NCBI RefSeq assembly: GCF_006345805.1
Contig: NC_043011.1
Span: 33,368,464-33,432,463 of the forward strand
Length of the DNA stretch: 64,000 nucleotides
Source of the DNA: Octopus sinensis
Lineage: Eukaryota
Reading direction: 5' to 3'
Part shown: positions 39,879 to 52,600 of the stretch, piece by piece
Position numbering within the stretch: position 1 is the stretch's first letter
How the letters are laid out: every line of letters begins with the position of its first letter
Notes under the pieces: generated by a model
What the model was told of the DNA's origin: nothing
The model's database searches: none
Seen by the model: only the letters and a program-made list of their open reading frames with translations
Translations under genes and position numbers: made by a program

Positions 39879-40180
39879 ACTTCATCTTATGTTGCTCCAG
39901 TCCATTCAACTGACAAAAATGAGTAATCCTGCAATGGACCGGCATCCCATGCAGGTAGGGAACTTATACACCTTTGAAACTAAGAAGCCAACCATTGTCG
40001 GTTAGCATGACTCGAGAAGGTAACCTTTTTTTAGCATACATATTTCTCCCTGGATGAGACACCACTCCATCACAGGATTACTAATTTTTACTTGCTGAAT
40101 AGATTGGAGCATTGTGAAATGAAGTGTTTTGCTCAAGAACACAACACATCACCCAGTCCAGGAATCAAAACCACAATCAA

Positions 40181-40499
40181 TCTCCAAGGGACATGTTAGG
40201 TAATAATGGCATTGACTATTTCCAGGAAAATAAAGAATTGACTTGTTACCAGCTGAAACACTTTCGTAATCATAAGTCTATCTGTCTGTCTCTCTGTTTA
40301 TCTGCCTGTCAGTCTCTCTGTCTGTTTGTCTGATCAGAGCTGATCTGGATTAAAAAAAACAAAGTGGATAACAACAACATAAGTAATAACTGGCAGTCTA
40401 ATAATCATAGGAAGAAATTTGAAGGCATAAGCTATTGTAGGTCTTCTACTGTTTCTAGTGACATTCGAGAGGTAACATGATTATTATTATTATTGAAAG

Positions 40500-40530
<31 letters not shown>

Positions 40531-40543
40531 TATTCCTGTATGA
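40181..40543 (+). repeat. Local duplicate of 42080-42670 inserted into a SINE B copy
   Basis: Collinear for about 360 bp; interrupts the SINE B sequence ACCACAATC|ATGATCATGAGT. Confidence 0.85.
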
Positions 40544-40971
40544 TCATGAGTACAAAACCTTAACTACTAAGCCATACATCTCCATTTGGCTGGAATTGGC
40601 CAGTTTAAATGCTAAAGGGTTAAACCATTATGCTTTGTTGTCAAAGAGGCAGGCCCCGTCCTATGCTCGGGTCAAGGCCGAGAACACAACCCCCAATATC
40701 AGCAGCAGGACCCAACAGCATAGCCTTTGAATTACTTCATTATTCAATGTGTCCTTCCTTTTGTAATACGTTTTGTATACTTATTTGAAGGGTGTCATCA
40801 CCATGCTGGCATATGTTTGAATGGATTATTTGAAGTAATGCTTTACTGTTGGATGCCATTCCTATCACCAACCCTTTCTTAGTTGCCTGTTATGACACAT
40901 AGGAGACATGGTACCCATTCTTAAATCAGAATATAGCAGCTGGTTTTGGCAAGTTGAGAGACTAAGTAGAT

Positions 40972-41697
40972 CAGTGGTTCTCAACCAGAGTCTGTATGGC
41001 CCTTAAGGGTTCATATAAGGTTTTGTTGTTAAAAATTTATCTGCAGTAAATTGGTTATACTTCTATGATACACAGAATAGTTCTAATTTTTTTTTTTTTT
41101 AACAATTCCTAATAATCCTTTCAGTGGAGGCGCAATGTCCCAGTGGTTATGGCAGTGGACTTGCAGTTGGAGGATCATGGTTTTGATCCCCAGACTGGGC
41201 ATTGTGTGTGTTTATTGAACGAAAACACCCAAAGCTCCACGAGGCTCCGGCAGGGGGTGGTGGCGACCCCTGTTGTACACTTTTGCCCCAACTTTCTCTC
41301 ACTCTTTCTTCCTGTTTCTTGGGTAATGCTGTGATGGACTGACATCCTGTCCAGCTGGGGGGAACACATACGCCACAGAAACCAGGCCCATGAGCCTAGC
41401 TAGGCTTGAAAAGGGCGCATAAATAAAATAAATAAATAATCCTCTCTACTATAGGCACAAGGCCTGAAATTTTGGGGAGGGGATAAGTTGATTACATCGA
41501 CCCCAGTACTCAACTGGTACTTATTTCATCGACCCCAAAAGGATGAAAGGCAAAGTTGACCCCAGCAGCATGTGAACTAATAATATTTAATTATAAAAAT
41601 GTATAAGTTTTTAAACCTTGAATGTCTACAAGGGTCCCTCTGAGTAAAATAGAAATCAAAAGGGTCCATAGGTTTAAAAAATAGTTGAAAAACACTG
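40972..41697. mobile_element. hAT/Charlie-type MITE interrupted by SINE C (41124-41438) and a SINE E piece
   Basis: Ends CAGTGGTTCTCAACC / AGTTGAAAAACACTG; TSD not recognisable. Confidence 0.55.
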
Positions 41698-42384
41698 ATA
41701 TGGAAGCTTCTCCACTGACTCATGTTGTGTGAGTGTGTGTGGTGGGGGTATTTTTGGGAATCACATGTTGTACTAAGACCAAGTTAAGACCCAATCACTA
41801 AGCAAGCCGCTATCAAGGCCTTCTTGGTTCACTAAGCAATAGTTCGTAAATATGTTATGTAAATTGTAAACTGATTTCATAGAATGAGTGAGCATAATTT
41901 TCCCAGAACTAGTCACTGATGTTAGATTATTATTATTATTTAAATTTCACTATATCTTGGAAAAAGCACAACTTCTGAAGATTGATTTTAGAGCCACTTG
42001 ATTTAATGACAAGTTGTTCCTGACCTGCTAGAAATAGAAGCCAAATTTACTTCCCACCTGCTTCTCATATCACAATCATACTCCAAGGGACATGATATGC
42101 TAGGTAATGATGGCATTGGCTGTTTCCAGGAAAATAAAGAACAGATTTGTTACCAGCTGAAACACTTTTGCAATCATAGGTCTGTCTGTCCCTCTGTTTA
42201 TCTGTCTGTCAGTCTCTCTGTCTGTTTGTCTGATCAGAGCTGATCTTGATTTTAAAAAAACAAGGTTGACACCAACAACAACAACGTAGATAATAACTGG
42301 CAGTCTAATAATCATAGGAAGAAATTTGAAGGCATAAGCCATTGTAGGTCTTCTACTGTTTCTAGTGACATTCAAGGGGTAAGA

Positions 42385-42454
42385 CGATGATTATTATTAT
42401 TATTACTGTTATTATTATTATTATTATTATTATTATCATCATTATTATTGAAAG

Positions 42455-42496
<42 letters not shown>

Positions 42497-42514
42497 CATC
42501 ATTATTATTGAAAG

Positions 42515-42547
<33 letters not shown>

Positions 42548-42565
42548 CATCATTATTATTGAAAG

Positions 42566-42604
<39 letters not shown>

Positions 42605-42622
42605 CATCATTATTATTGAAAG

Positions 42623-42656
<34 letters not shown>

Positions 42657-42660
42657 TATT
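42385..42660 (+). repeat. Compound microsatellite, 4 x [(TTA)n-TCATCA-(TTA)n-GAAAGCA]
   Basis: Higher-order units of about 51-60 bp, seen directly. Confidence 0.9.
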
Positions 42661-43149
42661 CCTGTATGATTCAATACCCCAATATTCATTCATGTGTAAC
42701 TTGTTTCTTTTCTTTACTTCAATTTTTTTTTTTTTGCTTTTGTATTTTCTGTCTTCTTTCTCAATAAATTGTATTCAGTGACCAAATAATATTAACTTTC
42801 TTACTAAATCATGTACCTGACTTAACAAATTAAACATGCTACTTTGTGAATTGTATACACTGCATGCATTATATACTGAATTATATACACAGCTTCTTCT
42901 TTAAATGTCCATCATATGTTGATATTAATCGTCCTTGGCAAGCTTGCATATGGGCAAATGGTCAGCTCTTGATCTGCTGCAGATGAAGCTACCAAATGCA
43001 ACTGAGAAGTGATGCTTCTCACGTGCTCTTTTGTATTCTCTCTGTTATTTCTCCTCTATGGCTGGAATTACCAGTTTCAGCAATTGGTGCCATTCATCAC
43101 ACTGCAGGGCCTTCTCCTCCCTGGTGTCTGGGGAGATGCTGAAGATTTT

Positions 43150-43312
43150 CATATGTCTCTTCAACACATCCTTCTACCTTCCTTGATGCAGCTTAGGAAA
43201 TAAAAAAACTGCCTTTGGGAGCCTGTCATCCTCCATCCTGCAAGCATGTCCTGTCCAGTGCAGCTGCTATGAGATAATGTGCACCTACACACTAACTGCA
43301 TCAGCATGGCAT
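43150..43312 (-). pseudogene. RTE LINE RT C-terminal remnant
   Basis: Minus strand encodes ...QLHWTGHACRMEDDRLPKAVF, matching the RTE motif LRWAGHV.RM...RLPK. Confidence 0.6.
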
Positions 43313-43329
43313 AGAACCTCTGCATCAGG

Positions 43330-43620
43330 CGAGCTGGCAGAAACGTTAGCATGCCAGGCGGAATGCTCAGCGGTATTTCGTCTGCCACTACGTTCTGTCC
43401 TTGTTTGTCCCCTCTATGTTTAGCCCCTGGTGGGTAATAAAGAAATAGGTATTTTGTCTGCCGCTACGTTCTGAGTTCAAATTCTGCCGAGGTCAACTTT
43501 GCCTTTCGTCCTTTCGGGGTCAATTAAATAAGTACCAGTTACGCATTGGGATCGATATAATCAACTTAATCCGTTTGTCTATCCTTATCTGTCTCACCCC
43601 TTGTGGGCAATAAAGAAATA
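43330..43620 (+). mobile_element. SINE E with a second E tail nested inside, 17-bp TSD
   Basis: TSD AGAACCTCTGCATCAGG at 43313-43329 and 43621-43637; internal repeat GGTATTT.GTCTGCC.CTACGTTCTG flanks a short tail piece. Confidence 0.85.
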
Positions 43621-44714
43621 AGAACCTCTGCATCAGGAATGGTGAAATTAATGAAGAACAACTATGGTGATGCAGGCAGGCAGAAGCTTTGCAGAGCATG
43701 GCCAACAAAGCACAACCATCTAAGGCTGTTTACAGGATTGAAAGCTATAGAAAACCCCAGGGGCAATGCAGTGATATATGTGCTTTCCAGGCTTGCATCG
43801 GCTGGCTGGATCAATGTGGTTGAAATCAGTTCTTGTTGGGTTGGAAAGAAATGGGTTGGAAAACCATGCCTTGCTCATTTCATTTTTGGTTTGGTTTCTA
43901 TCACCAACCATTTTACAAAATGTACTAGGTATATTTTTCATTGTTCCACCAACACGAGAAGTTCATGTCCTCAACAAGACAGGATTAGAGAAACCTCTTG
44001 ACCCTATGCTTTCTGCATCTATTGCCAACCATCTTATAATTGGACTGAGGACTATTTATTGTGACATGTAGTGCAATAGGAGTTGCCTAGTATTCCATAA
44101 TATGGTAGAGATAGAATTATATTTGTAGAAATAGTGTGATCAGGGTAAAGAGATGAAGAAATGGTAATAGATGATAGAAGTGAACAATGCTAAGAGTAAG
44201 TGATGGATGACAATAAGGAGTGGCTCTGGGGAGGGTGAGTGCTGACTGGCAATATATAAAAGTGACTAAAGATAAAGTAATTTGAGTACAAACAGGCCCA
44301 GTGCAAGAAAGGCAGAGTGATGAGAAAATGTTTGAAGACATCTGATTGCAGGTAATTCCTCATGAAACAGGTGGCAAAAGTGATGGATAAGGAGTGGTGG
44401 TGAGATGACTGATGAAGAGACGAGTGTGGAGTGCTAAGAAAATGGGGACATGAATAGAAATCAAGGGTGCAGAAGAAGCAGTAGATGTATACTTGACAGA
44501 AGACTTTCACCCAAACGTACATTTACACTCTGTTGTACACTTATATTGCACATCTAGCAAAGCATGCTAGCTTAATTTCTTTCGAACCTACACATGTCCT
44601 CAGCAGCCACAGCCCATGTTTCACTACTGTGTAAGCATGGCTGTTCACACACAGGCATCATACAATCTGCTTACATTTCCTTGTACATCTCATGCATCCT
44701 CTATATGCATCACA

Positions 44715-44814
44715 NNNNNNNNNNNNNNNNNNNNNNNNNNNNNNNNNNNNNNNNNNNNNNNNNNNNNNNNNNNNNNNNNNNNNNNNNNNNNNNNNNNNNN
44801 NNNNNNNNNNNNNN
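44715..44814. other. Assembly gap (100 N)
   Basis: Run of n characters. Confidence 1.
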
Positions 44815-44854
44815 ATAAAATGTATGCAAATATGTATATATGTAAATATATATG

Positions 44855-44893
<39 letters not shown>

Positions 44894-44913
44894 ATGCAAA
44901 TATGTATATATGT

Positions 44914-44948
<35 letters not shown>

Positions 44949-45002
44949 TAATTTATATACAAAATGTATGAAAATATGTAAATATATATATATATACACA
45001 CA

Positions 45003-45851
45003 AAGATGAACGACATGCAGACCAGATACACTGGCCCGGGAAGAATTGAAATTCCTGAGTCAAAATCAGTGTGTGACCTGGGCATTGACATGAGCAATGA
45101 TGCATCTTTCCAAGTGCATATTGCCAATTTGGTAATAGAATGCAGACGGCTAGCTGGATGGATCCTCCAAACTTTCAGAACAAGAGAGAAGGAGACACTG
45201 ATGGTCCTTTGGAAGACATTCGTCCTCAGCTGCTTGGACTACTCCTCCCAACTATGGTCACCACATAATATAAAGTTAACAGCAGAACTCGAAGTAACCC
45301 AACGAAGCTACACTAAGAAGATCATCTCAATGCAGCATATCAGCTACTGGGAAAGACTGAAAGTATATAAACACTTCTTCCTGGAGTGAAGGTGGGACAG
45401 ATATGCAGTGATATACATCTGGAAAATCTTGGAGGGTCTTGTCCCGAATTTTGGCATTGAAAGTTACCCCAACAGCAGAACGGGGCGCCACTGCATGGTG
45501 CCAAAGATCCCAGCATCACCATCAAAATACAGGACCAGATACTGCAACAGCTTGGGTTTTAGGGGACTACAGCTCTTCAATATCCTTCCTAATTGCCTGA
45601 GAGACCTGCATGGTGTGGATGTGAGTTTCTTTAAAACTAAACAGGATCTCTTCTTGTCAGGGGTTCCAGATGAACCTACCTCTCAGCAGGAAACACAGAT
45701 GCGGGCAGCGGCATCGAACTCCCATGTTGACCAAGTACCACATATCAGAGGTGGTTTCACATACTAGTGTAGCACATTCAAACATTCAACGGTGGTGCCC
45801 CAGCATGGGTGCAGCTTTCAGGCTGAAACATTTTTAAAGATTTAAGGATTT

Positions 45852-45852
<1 letters not shown>
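45003..45852 (+). mobile_element. CR1-type LINE 3' portion (RT C-terminus and 3' UTR), 5'-truncated
   Basis: DLGI.MS...F..HI, GWILQTF, LDYSSQLWSPH, LE..QR..TK.I, SYWERLK, IYIWKIL, LFNILP motifs with a frameshift; short repeat tail AAGATTTAAGGATTTA. Confidence 0.88.
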
Positions 45853-45884
<32 letters not shown>

Positions 45885-45950
45885 TAAAAATATATGCATA
45901 TATACATACATATATGTACATACTAACATATATATGTATATATACGTACA

Positions 45951-46575
45951 TATATGGGTACAGGCAAATGAGAGACAGAAGATGGAAGATAGGAGAATTT
46001 TCATTAATCACTACAATTGTTTCAAATTACTACACATGCACACAAGCAACTTATATCTGTACAAATGCATAAATACATTCACTAAAACATAGACATTTGT
46101 ATGTGTTTGAGTATATATAATGCGGAGAACTCGTTATTCTTCAATTATACTCTGTATGTATGTCATAGTATTGGTGTTATACAATACGTAATATTTGAAA
46201 GAAGGAAGATAAAGGATACGATTGCAAATGCTATTACCATGTAGCGTATATTTTTTTCATTATATTTATAAGTTATGGCGACATTATGTCAATCCCTTTT
46301 TCAGATTGCATCCAATTATTAACTACTTTTCCGCATGGCTAACTCACAAGCCTTCTGGCTGATGCAAGTCTATTGTACTACACCTGTGACTCAGGAATTG
46401 CAATTCTTCCCAAGCCAGTGTATCCGGTCTGCATGTCGTTCAGCTTTGTGTGCCTGTATGTGTTTATGCAGATATAAGTTGTTTGTGTGCATGTTGTGTA
46501 GTAATTTGAAACAATTGTAGTGATTAATGAAAATTCTCGTATCTTCCATCTTCTGTCTCTCGTTTGCCTGTACCC

Positions 46576-46580
<5 letters not shown>
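45951..46580. mobile_element. (TA)n-flanked element with about 120-bp inverted terminal arms (probable Penelope-like inversion)
   Basis: 45951-46072 is the reverse complement of 46453-46580; the arm contains GAAACAATTGTA. Confidence 0.6.
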
Positions 46581-46644
<64 letters not shown>

Positions 46645-46653
46645 AATATATAT

Positions 46654-48705
46654 AAGGGCTGGTAATGATTAATTTAATTTTAATAATTAACTTTTGAGAA
46701 ATTAATGATTAATTAATAGTTAATTTCGATTAAAACATGAAAATGTCTGCAGTTACTTTTCTTGACAAGTTTATGATATTTCAATTGAAATTTAGTTAAA
46801 AAGAAGAGATAGCATAGGCGTTTTATCATTCAAATGTTGTTGCATAACCAGTTACTCAAACACACAAGCATGTTAACAGTATTTGGTTCAACTAATGAGT
46901 GTGTCTTGTTAACACTGTAACCAGCTAAGCTAAATAATCATTCACACAGAATTGAGGTAGCTAGTATGCATAGAACAGTCTTGGCAAAAAATGCCAATTT
47001 CATATATTGATGTTCATTAAGTTTCCACCATTGTAGTGGATCAACTGATTCAGCAACTGTTTTCTCCATTTTATATTGCTCTACTTCATCAGAAGCATTT
47101 GTCGACATCCTTTTCCAAGTCTGAGTCAGACTTCATTAGCTTAATGCCCCTTTCATTAGGTTTGTATATAGTTTTTTGGAATATTGTCAGTATCATCTTG
47201 TGCCTTAGTCTTCAACTGATCATCATTAACATCAATTGCTATTTGTTGTCCAATAAGTAACCAAGTTTGTTCTTTTGATAAACACTTCAAGTTTTTGTAT
47301 CGTGAATTAAGTGCTGTTGCAATCTGTAATATTTCAATACTGTTCATGTCAGCTTCACGTTTGCTGAAACCATTAATAGATGCTGCCTTGAATCTGGCTA
47401 TATAATCTGGATCATCATCATTTACAGTCATGTGCTTTGTCAAAGACAATAACAGTGTCAATACACAGCTACACAACGTATATTTTTCACCACCAAGCAG
47501 GACCGTAGCCTGACAGAATAAGTCTAAAACAATGATGCATTTTGAAATCTTCTCCCAATCAGAATCGAACAGTTTTAGACCTTTATATTGCTTCTCTTTG
47601 TCTGACATGTAGATGGTTATTGCTTCTTTGGCCTGTAGTAGACTCTGCAGCATTAGAAAAGTACTGTTTCATCTTGTTGGAACATCTTACTGTAGCTTAC
47701 ACAATGTTGGATTACTACAGTTCTGCAATTCAGTTGTGTGGATAGGGCTATGTTTAAAATGTCCTATGATTTTGCGACATTTAACAAACAATGTTTCTGT
47801 ATCTGTGGCTTTAAATCTATGCAATATGCTCAAATGCAGGCTGTGAGCCTTACACGGAATATGAGCAAAACCAGTTTGATTAACAGCTGAAACTAAATTT
47901 CGTGCATTGTCTGTTACTAGAACCTGAATCTTCTTTGTTATATCCCAGTCTTTTACAAATTGTTTATATAACTCAACATTATTGTTAGAATAGTCACATT
48001 CAACAACATGCACACATTCAAGAATAACACTTATTAAATTCCAGTCATCAGCAAACCAATGGCCGGTGATTCCGCAATAACTTTCATTACCTAAAGATGT
48101 ACAAAAATCAGATGTTAGCGCAATTGCCTTTGAATTTTTCACTGCTTCTAAAACACTTTCTCTTTTGCTGTTATAATTATCAGCCAACATTTTATCAATA
48201 GTGCGCCGGCAAGGTAGTTTATATTCGGTATTTTGAAATGCTGTATGCAATACTTGTTAAAGACCATCTTCTACTATCGATATTGGTCTACCATTATTAG
48301 CTATCCAGTTTGCAAGTGATTTTAACATCACGTTGTACAATAACACTCACTGGATGATCAGACCAATGATAAAACTGATTCAAAGTAGTCTGCTTGGAAG
48401 TAGATGACACTGCCGCTGTAGACTGACTACGATTTGTCGCAATGGATGCAATAAATGTTATCAGGAATTTTGATACTATCGTCAGTAAACAATTTAAATC
48501 CAAAATGTTCATGCAATCGACCTGATAAAGGTTTATATTTCATAACTTGATTCGTCTTGCTGCCATTTTACTATCATTACTATTGCTTCCTGACTTCCGG
48601 TACATTTATTAATGATGGGTAGAAATTAAATTTGAAGCCGATTAAGAAAAATTTAATCGTTAACATAAATCGACAATTAATTAATCTTTAAATTCCGCAG
48701 CCCTA
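46654..48705 (-). mobile_element. hAT (Ac/ZBED1-like) DNA transposon, decayed
   Basis: Ends (T/A)AGGGCTG...CAGCCCTA, ATTAA-rich subterminal repeats, imperfect 8-bp TSD ATATATAT/ATTAATAT. Confidence 0.88.
46828..48570 (-). pseudogene. hAT transposase pseudogene
   Basis: LPCRRTI, ALTSDFCTS, GITGHW, VTDNARN, CKAHSLHL, TVLLGGEKY, ATALNSRYK and C-terminal LQWWK...LAT...LFS.AG dimerisation motifs over several frames. Confidence 0.88.
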
Positions 48706-51700
48706 ATTAATATATATATATATATATATATATAGATAGATAGATAGATAGTTATAGCAAAGTATACAGAGTTATATATCTATTGCAGCTCCTCTTACCA
48801 ATCTGTTGTCTCTGAAGAGCATGTTATCAGATAGGTGGTATGAAGCTGATAAGATTGGCTGTAATGGATCTATAATACTGCAAACGTTGACTTATATATA
48901 TATGTATCACTCTATTGATAAATATATGAGTGCTGCATTTTTCTGACATGGATTCTTAGAAAACAATGTATGTATGTGTATGTGTGTTTATGTATATGCA
49001 TGGAGGTGCAGGTATGTCTGTGTGGTAAGAAGCTTGCTTCCTAACCCTTTGGTATTCAGTTCAGTCCCACGGCACAGAATTTAAAATTTTATTTATCAGA
49101 ATATTTCTCCTTCGTAACACTATTTTTTTCAGTGTGTCTTTGTTGCACAACCATTTTGCTCCCTATAGAGCATGGCCATCAATGACCTTTCTCCACTATT
49201 ATCAACTCTGAGCTGTCTTTTCTACTTCTCTCTATTTGTATCCCTGCTTTTTCAGCTCTCCCACATCATATTCTCCTCTAAGGGAAGGCCATATTTTGTT
49301 CATTTTGAACACTTGTCAATGCTTATGTAACTTTGTTTTTACTAGGTAGGGCTGTTGGCCCAACACAAACCCATTTTCACCTCAAGGAAATGGTGGTCCA
49401 TATTAAATCTGGCTTCTGTCTTTTGACCTGCCCAGTATGGGAGTCTCTACCAGGAGCTTGCACTCTGCTTGCATAGATCTTAGGGTCATTGAGGCGCACA
49501 AGTGACAACACTGCTACAAAGGCTGGACCTTGTGGTGGAGACAATGTATTTTGGATTATATCATTCAATCATCATCATTGTTTTAACGTTCTTTTTTCCA
49601 TGCTTGCAAGAATCAAACAAAATTCATTGAGGCGAAATACCTTCTACTGGATGCTCTTCCTATTACCAAAATCTTACTTGCTTCTGAGTAACATGATGTC
49701 TCTCAGCAGCCAGATATGTTTTAACAGATGGTTAGAAACAAACAACACCTCTTAAAGGTGATCATTTACAATTATCACACTCTATCAAATCAAGGAGATA
49801 ATGCATATCTTCACTTACACACATGACAGGCTTCTTTCAATTTCCATTTTACACATTCACTCACAAGGCTTTGGTCAGCCTGGGGCAATAGTAGAAAACA
49901 CTTATCCAATGTGCTATACAATGGGATTGAATCCAAAACCACATGGTAGTCTCACAGCCATTCTTGTATCTTGATTAGGAGTTTTTTTTCTTCTTAAAAC
50001 AATACTGTTATGTGGTTCTTCATCACCCAAGTTCACTTCAACTGGTCACATCGCATCTTTTCTCTGACTGTCTTTGTTGCCAACTTCATTAAGGAGTACT
50101 CAAAAAGTAATTTTTATAAATTAAATGTCATGAAATAACCTTGAGATCCAAAACTCATATATATTCTTAAAATAATACTTTTATTTGTATTACTTAAGTT
50201 TTTAGGGGTTTTTTTTACTGTTGTTTCCAGCAGTAGACACTCGTTGCCATTTACTCACACCTTAGCAGAATGGAGGAAACGGCAGATTAGATGTTACTCC
50301 GACTTCAATGGAAAACTCTGGCTGTTTCAGAATTTGGGTGATAGGTTTACTGTGTTGCCCCAGTTCTGCAATGCCTGTAGCCAAGTTTACCCTATTACAT
50401 CCATTTGGATGTGAAGGGGCTTGGCCTAGTGGTTTGGCTGTTGGACTCACAATTGCAAAGTTGTGGGTTTAATTTCTGGACCTGGCACCACAGGTATGTC
50501 TTTAGGCAAAGCACTTCATTTCATGTTGCTCCAGTTCACTCAACTAAAAACAGGTTGCATTTACTACAGAGTGGCATTTTACTGAATGTTAGCCCCAAAT
50601 CTTGCAAATGGAAGACGTCAATAGCCCTTATGAGGAAGCATCTGAACCTTGGATCATATTCAGCCTGCAGAGTTTGAGCTTCTTGATTTATCCACAGTGG
50701 GACCCACCTTGTTGTGCTGACAGTTTGATCTTCCTTGTTGTTCCAAGAAAATTAGGTTTTCCTTGTTTTGCCTACAAATTTTGATATTCCTTATTTTACC
50801 TGTAGGTTTTGCTCTTAATTGTTCTTACCTTTAAATCTACTTTGGTGGGCATCAGTCAGATCAATCTTGTTATTCAAGGCAGAAACCAACTAAACTCATG
50901 GGTACTGCTACCCTTCCTTCTCTGACTTGTATAAAATTAAAAACCAAAAGCAACTTAATTGAGAAGGTCTTTAGATGGGTTAAGAGATCTGGAATGTCTT
51001 CAGTCACAAACATTTACTCTTCAGTAAATCCATCCAACCAGTTAACAAACAAGAATGCAATAATACAACAACAAAACAAAACCAAAGCCACTGTTGTTTA
51101 TTCAAGGACAAAAACAAAATAATTTAGTAGGTTCCATTAGTTTATTTACCTATTTGTTTGTTTAAACTGACTTAATATGTAACTCGGTCTATCTTATGAC
51201 GCATTGATATAACCTATATCCGTTTATTTATTTCCATAGTGTAAATGTTAGTCGTATTTACATATTCTGGTCAGGTCATGAAGTTTATGATGATGATGAT
51301 GATGATGATAATAAATAAATCTTAAGACGGAGAACCAGAACTGCAACAAATCCAAAAAACCAGTTGGTTGGTAACCAGACCAATTTTGGGAGATCTCATT
51401 TTTCATTTCTAGTGACAATGTTGTTCCTATATAAATTATATAACCTTTGTATACGTGTGTGTGAGTGAGAGAGAGAGAATTTTGACTCATTGCCAGTATG
51501 GTACAAACTGGCTTTTTGTATTGCTTATTTTTAAAAACGTTTTTATGAATTCGCATAATCTTTTATATACACACATGGATATAATGTTGTTTTTTTCTGA
51601 GTGTTTGATACATATATCATCGTCATCATTATGGCATCTACTTTTCCATGCTGCACTTGGGTCAGGGCAAAATTTTTTTTTAGGAAGTGTTTAGAAAAAA

Positions 51701-52217
51701 CACTTATGTTTAAGAAAATATTGACTAAACATTCAGCTTTGTGTGCATTGTCATCATTGTTATGAGTCAGATGGAATTTGCTGTGGTATATATTTCCTAT
51801 AGCATGATGCCAGGCAACGTAATATTCTCCACAACTGGACATGTTTTCACAAAAGATTAGAAATGAACACTGATTCTGTATGTGTACATGCAATCACAAC
51901 AAATAGTCCAAGTCAGTTCCTATGTGGAGTTACTTCCCTTTCAAGCAGGTTGGGGACCACATCTTTTCAACATGGTTTCTTCAATGCTTGAATGCTTTTA
52001 CTAATGCTCGCCAGTTTGAATATTTTATGGGGTGCAGTTTACAGGCTCTGCAATATTAGAGTGTTCTCCCTACTCCACATTGCTTGTTTTGTTCAAGCAA
52101 CACAACAAAAAGAGGATGAATAAAAGATAGAGTAATGAGTGTGAGAGAACAGAATAAGAGGGTCAGGAAAGAGAGTGGGGTGGGGGACACTTTACACGGA
52201 TTTCTGTGATTGATCAA

Positions 52218-52600
52218 CTCTTTTACCTGTTTCAGTCATTTGACTGTGGCTATGCTGGAGCACCGCCTTTAGTCAAACAAATCAACTTCAGGACTTATTC
52301 TTTGTAAGCTTAGTATTTATTTTATTGGTTTCTTTTGCTGAACTGCTAAGTTACGGGTACGCAAACATACCAACATCAGTTGTCAAGTGATGGAGAGTGG
52401 GAGGACAAACACAGACACAAACATATACATACATATATATACACATACGACGGGTTTCTTTCTGTTTCTGTCTACCAAATCCACTCACAAGGCTTTGGTC
52501 AGCCCAAGGCTATAGTAGAAGGCACTTGCCTGGGTGCCACACAGTGGGATTGAACCCGGAAGCATGTGGTTGGTAAGCAAGCTACTTACCACACAGCCAT
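52218..52600 (-). mobile_element. SINE family A (full length)
   Basis: Collinear with 21565-21982. Confidence 0.88.

Noticed and set aside
42362-42767. Poly-Ile/Leu/Asn ORFs
   Set aside because: Translations of a compound (TTA)n microsatellite.
44815-44995. Triplicated AT-rich unit beside the N gap
   Set aside because: Low-complexity and adjacent to a gap; may be an assembly artefact.
51543-51893. 116-aa minus-strand ORF
   Set aside because: No recognisable motifs or convincing splice signals; length expected by chance.
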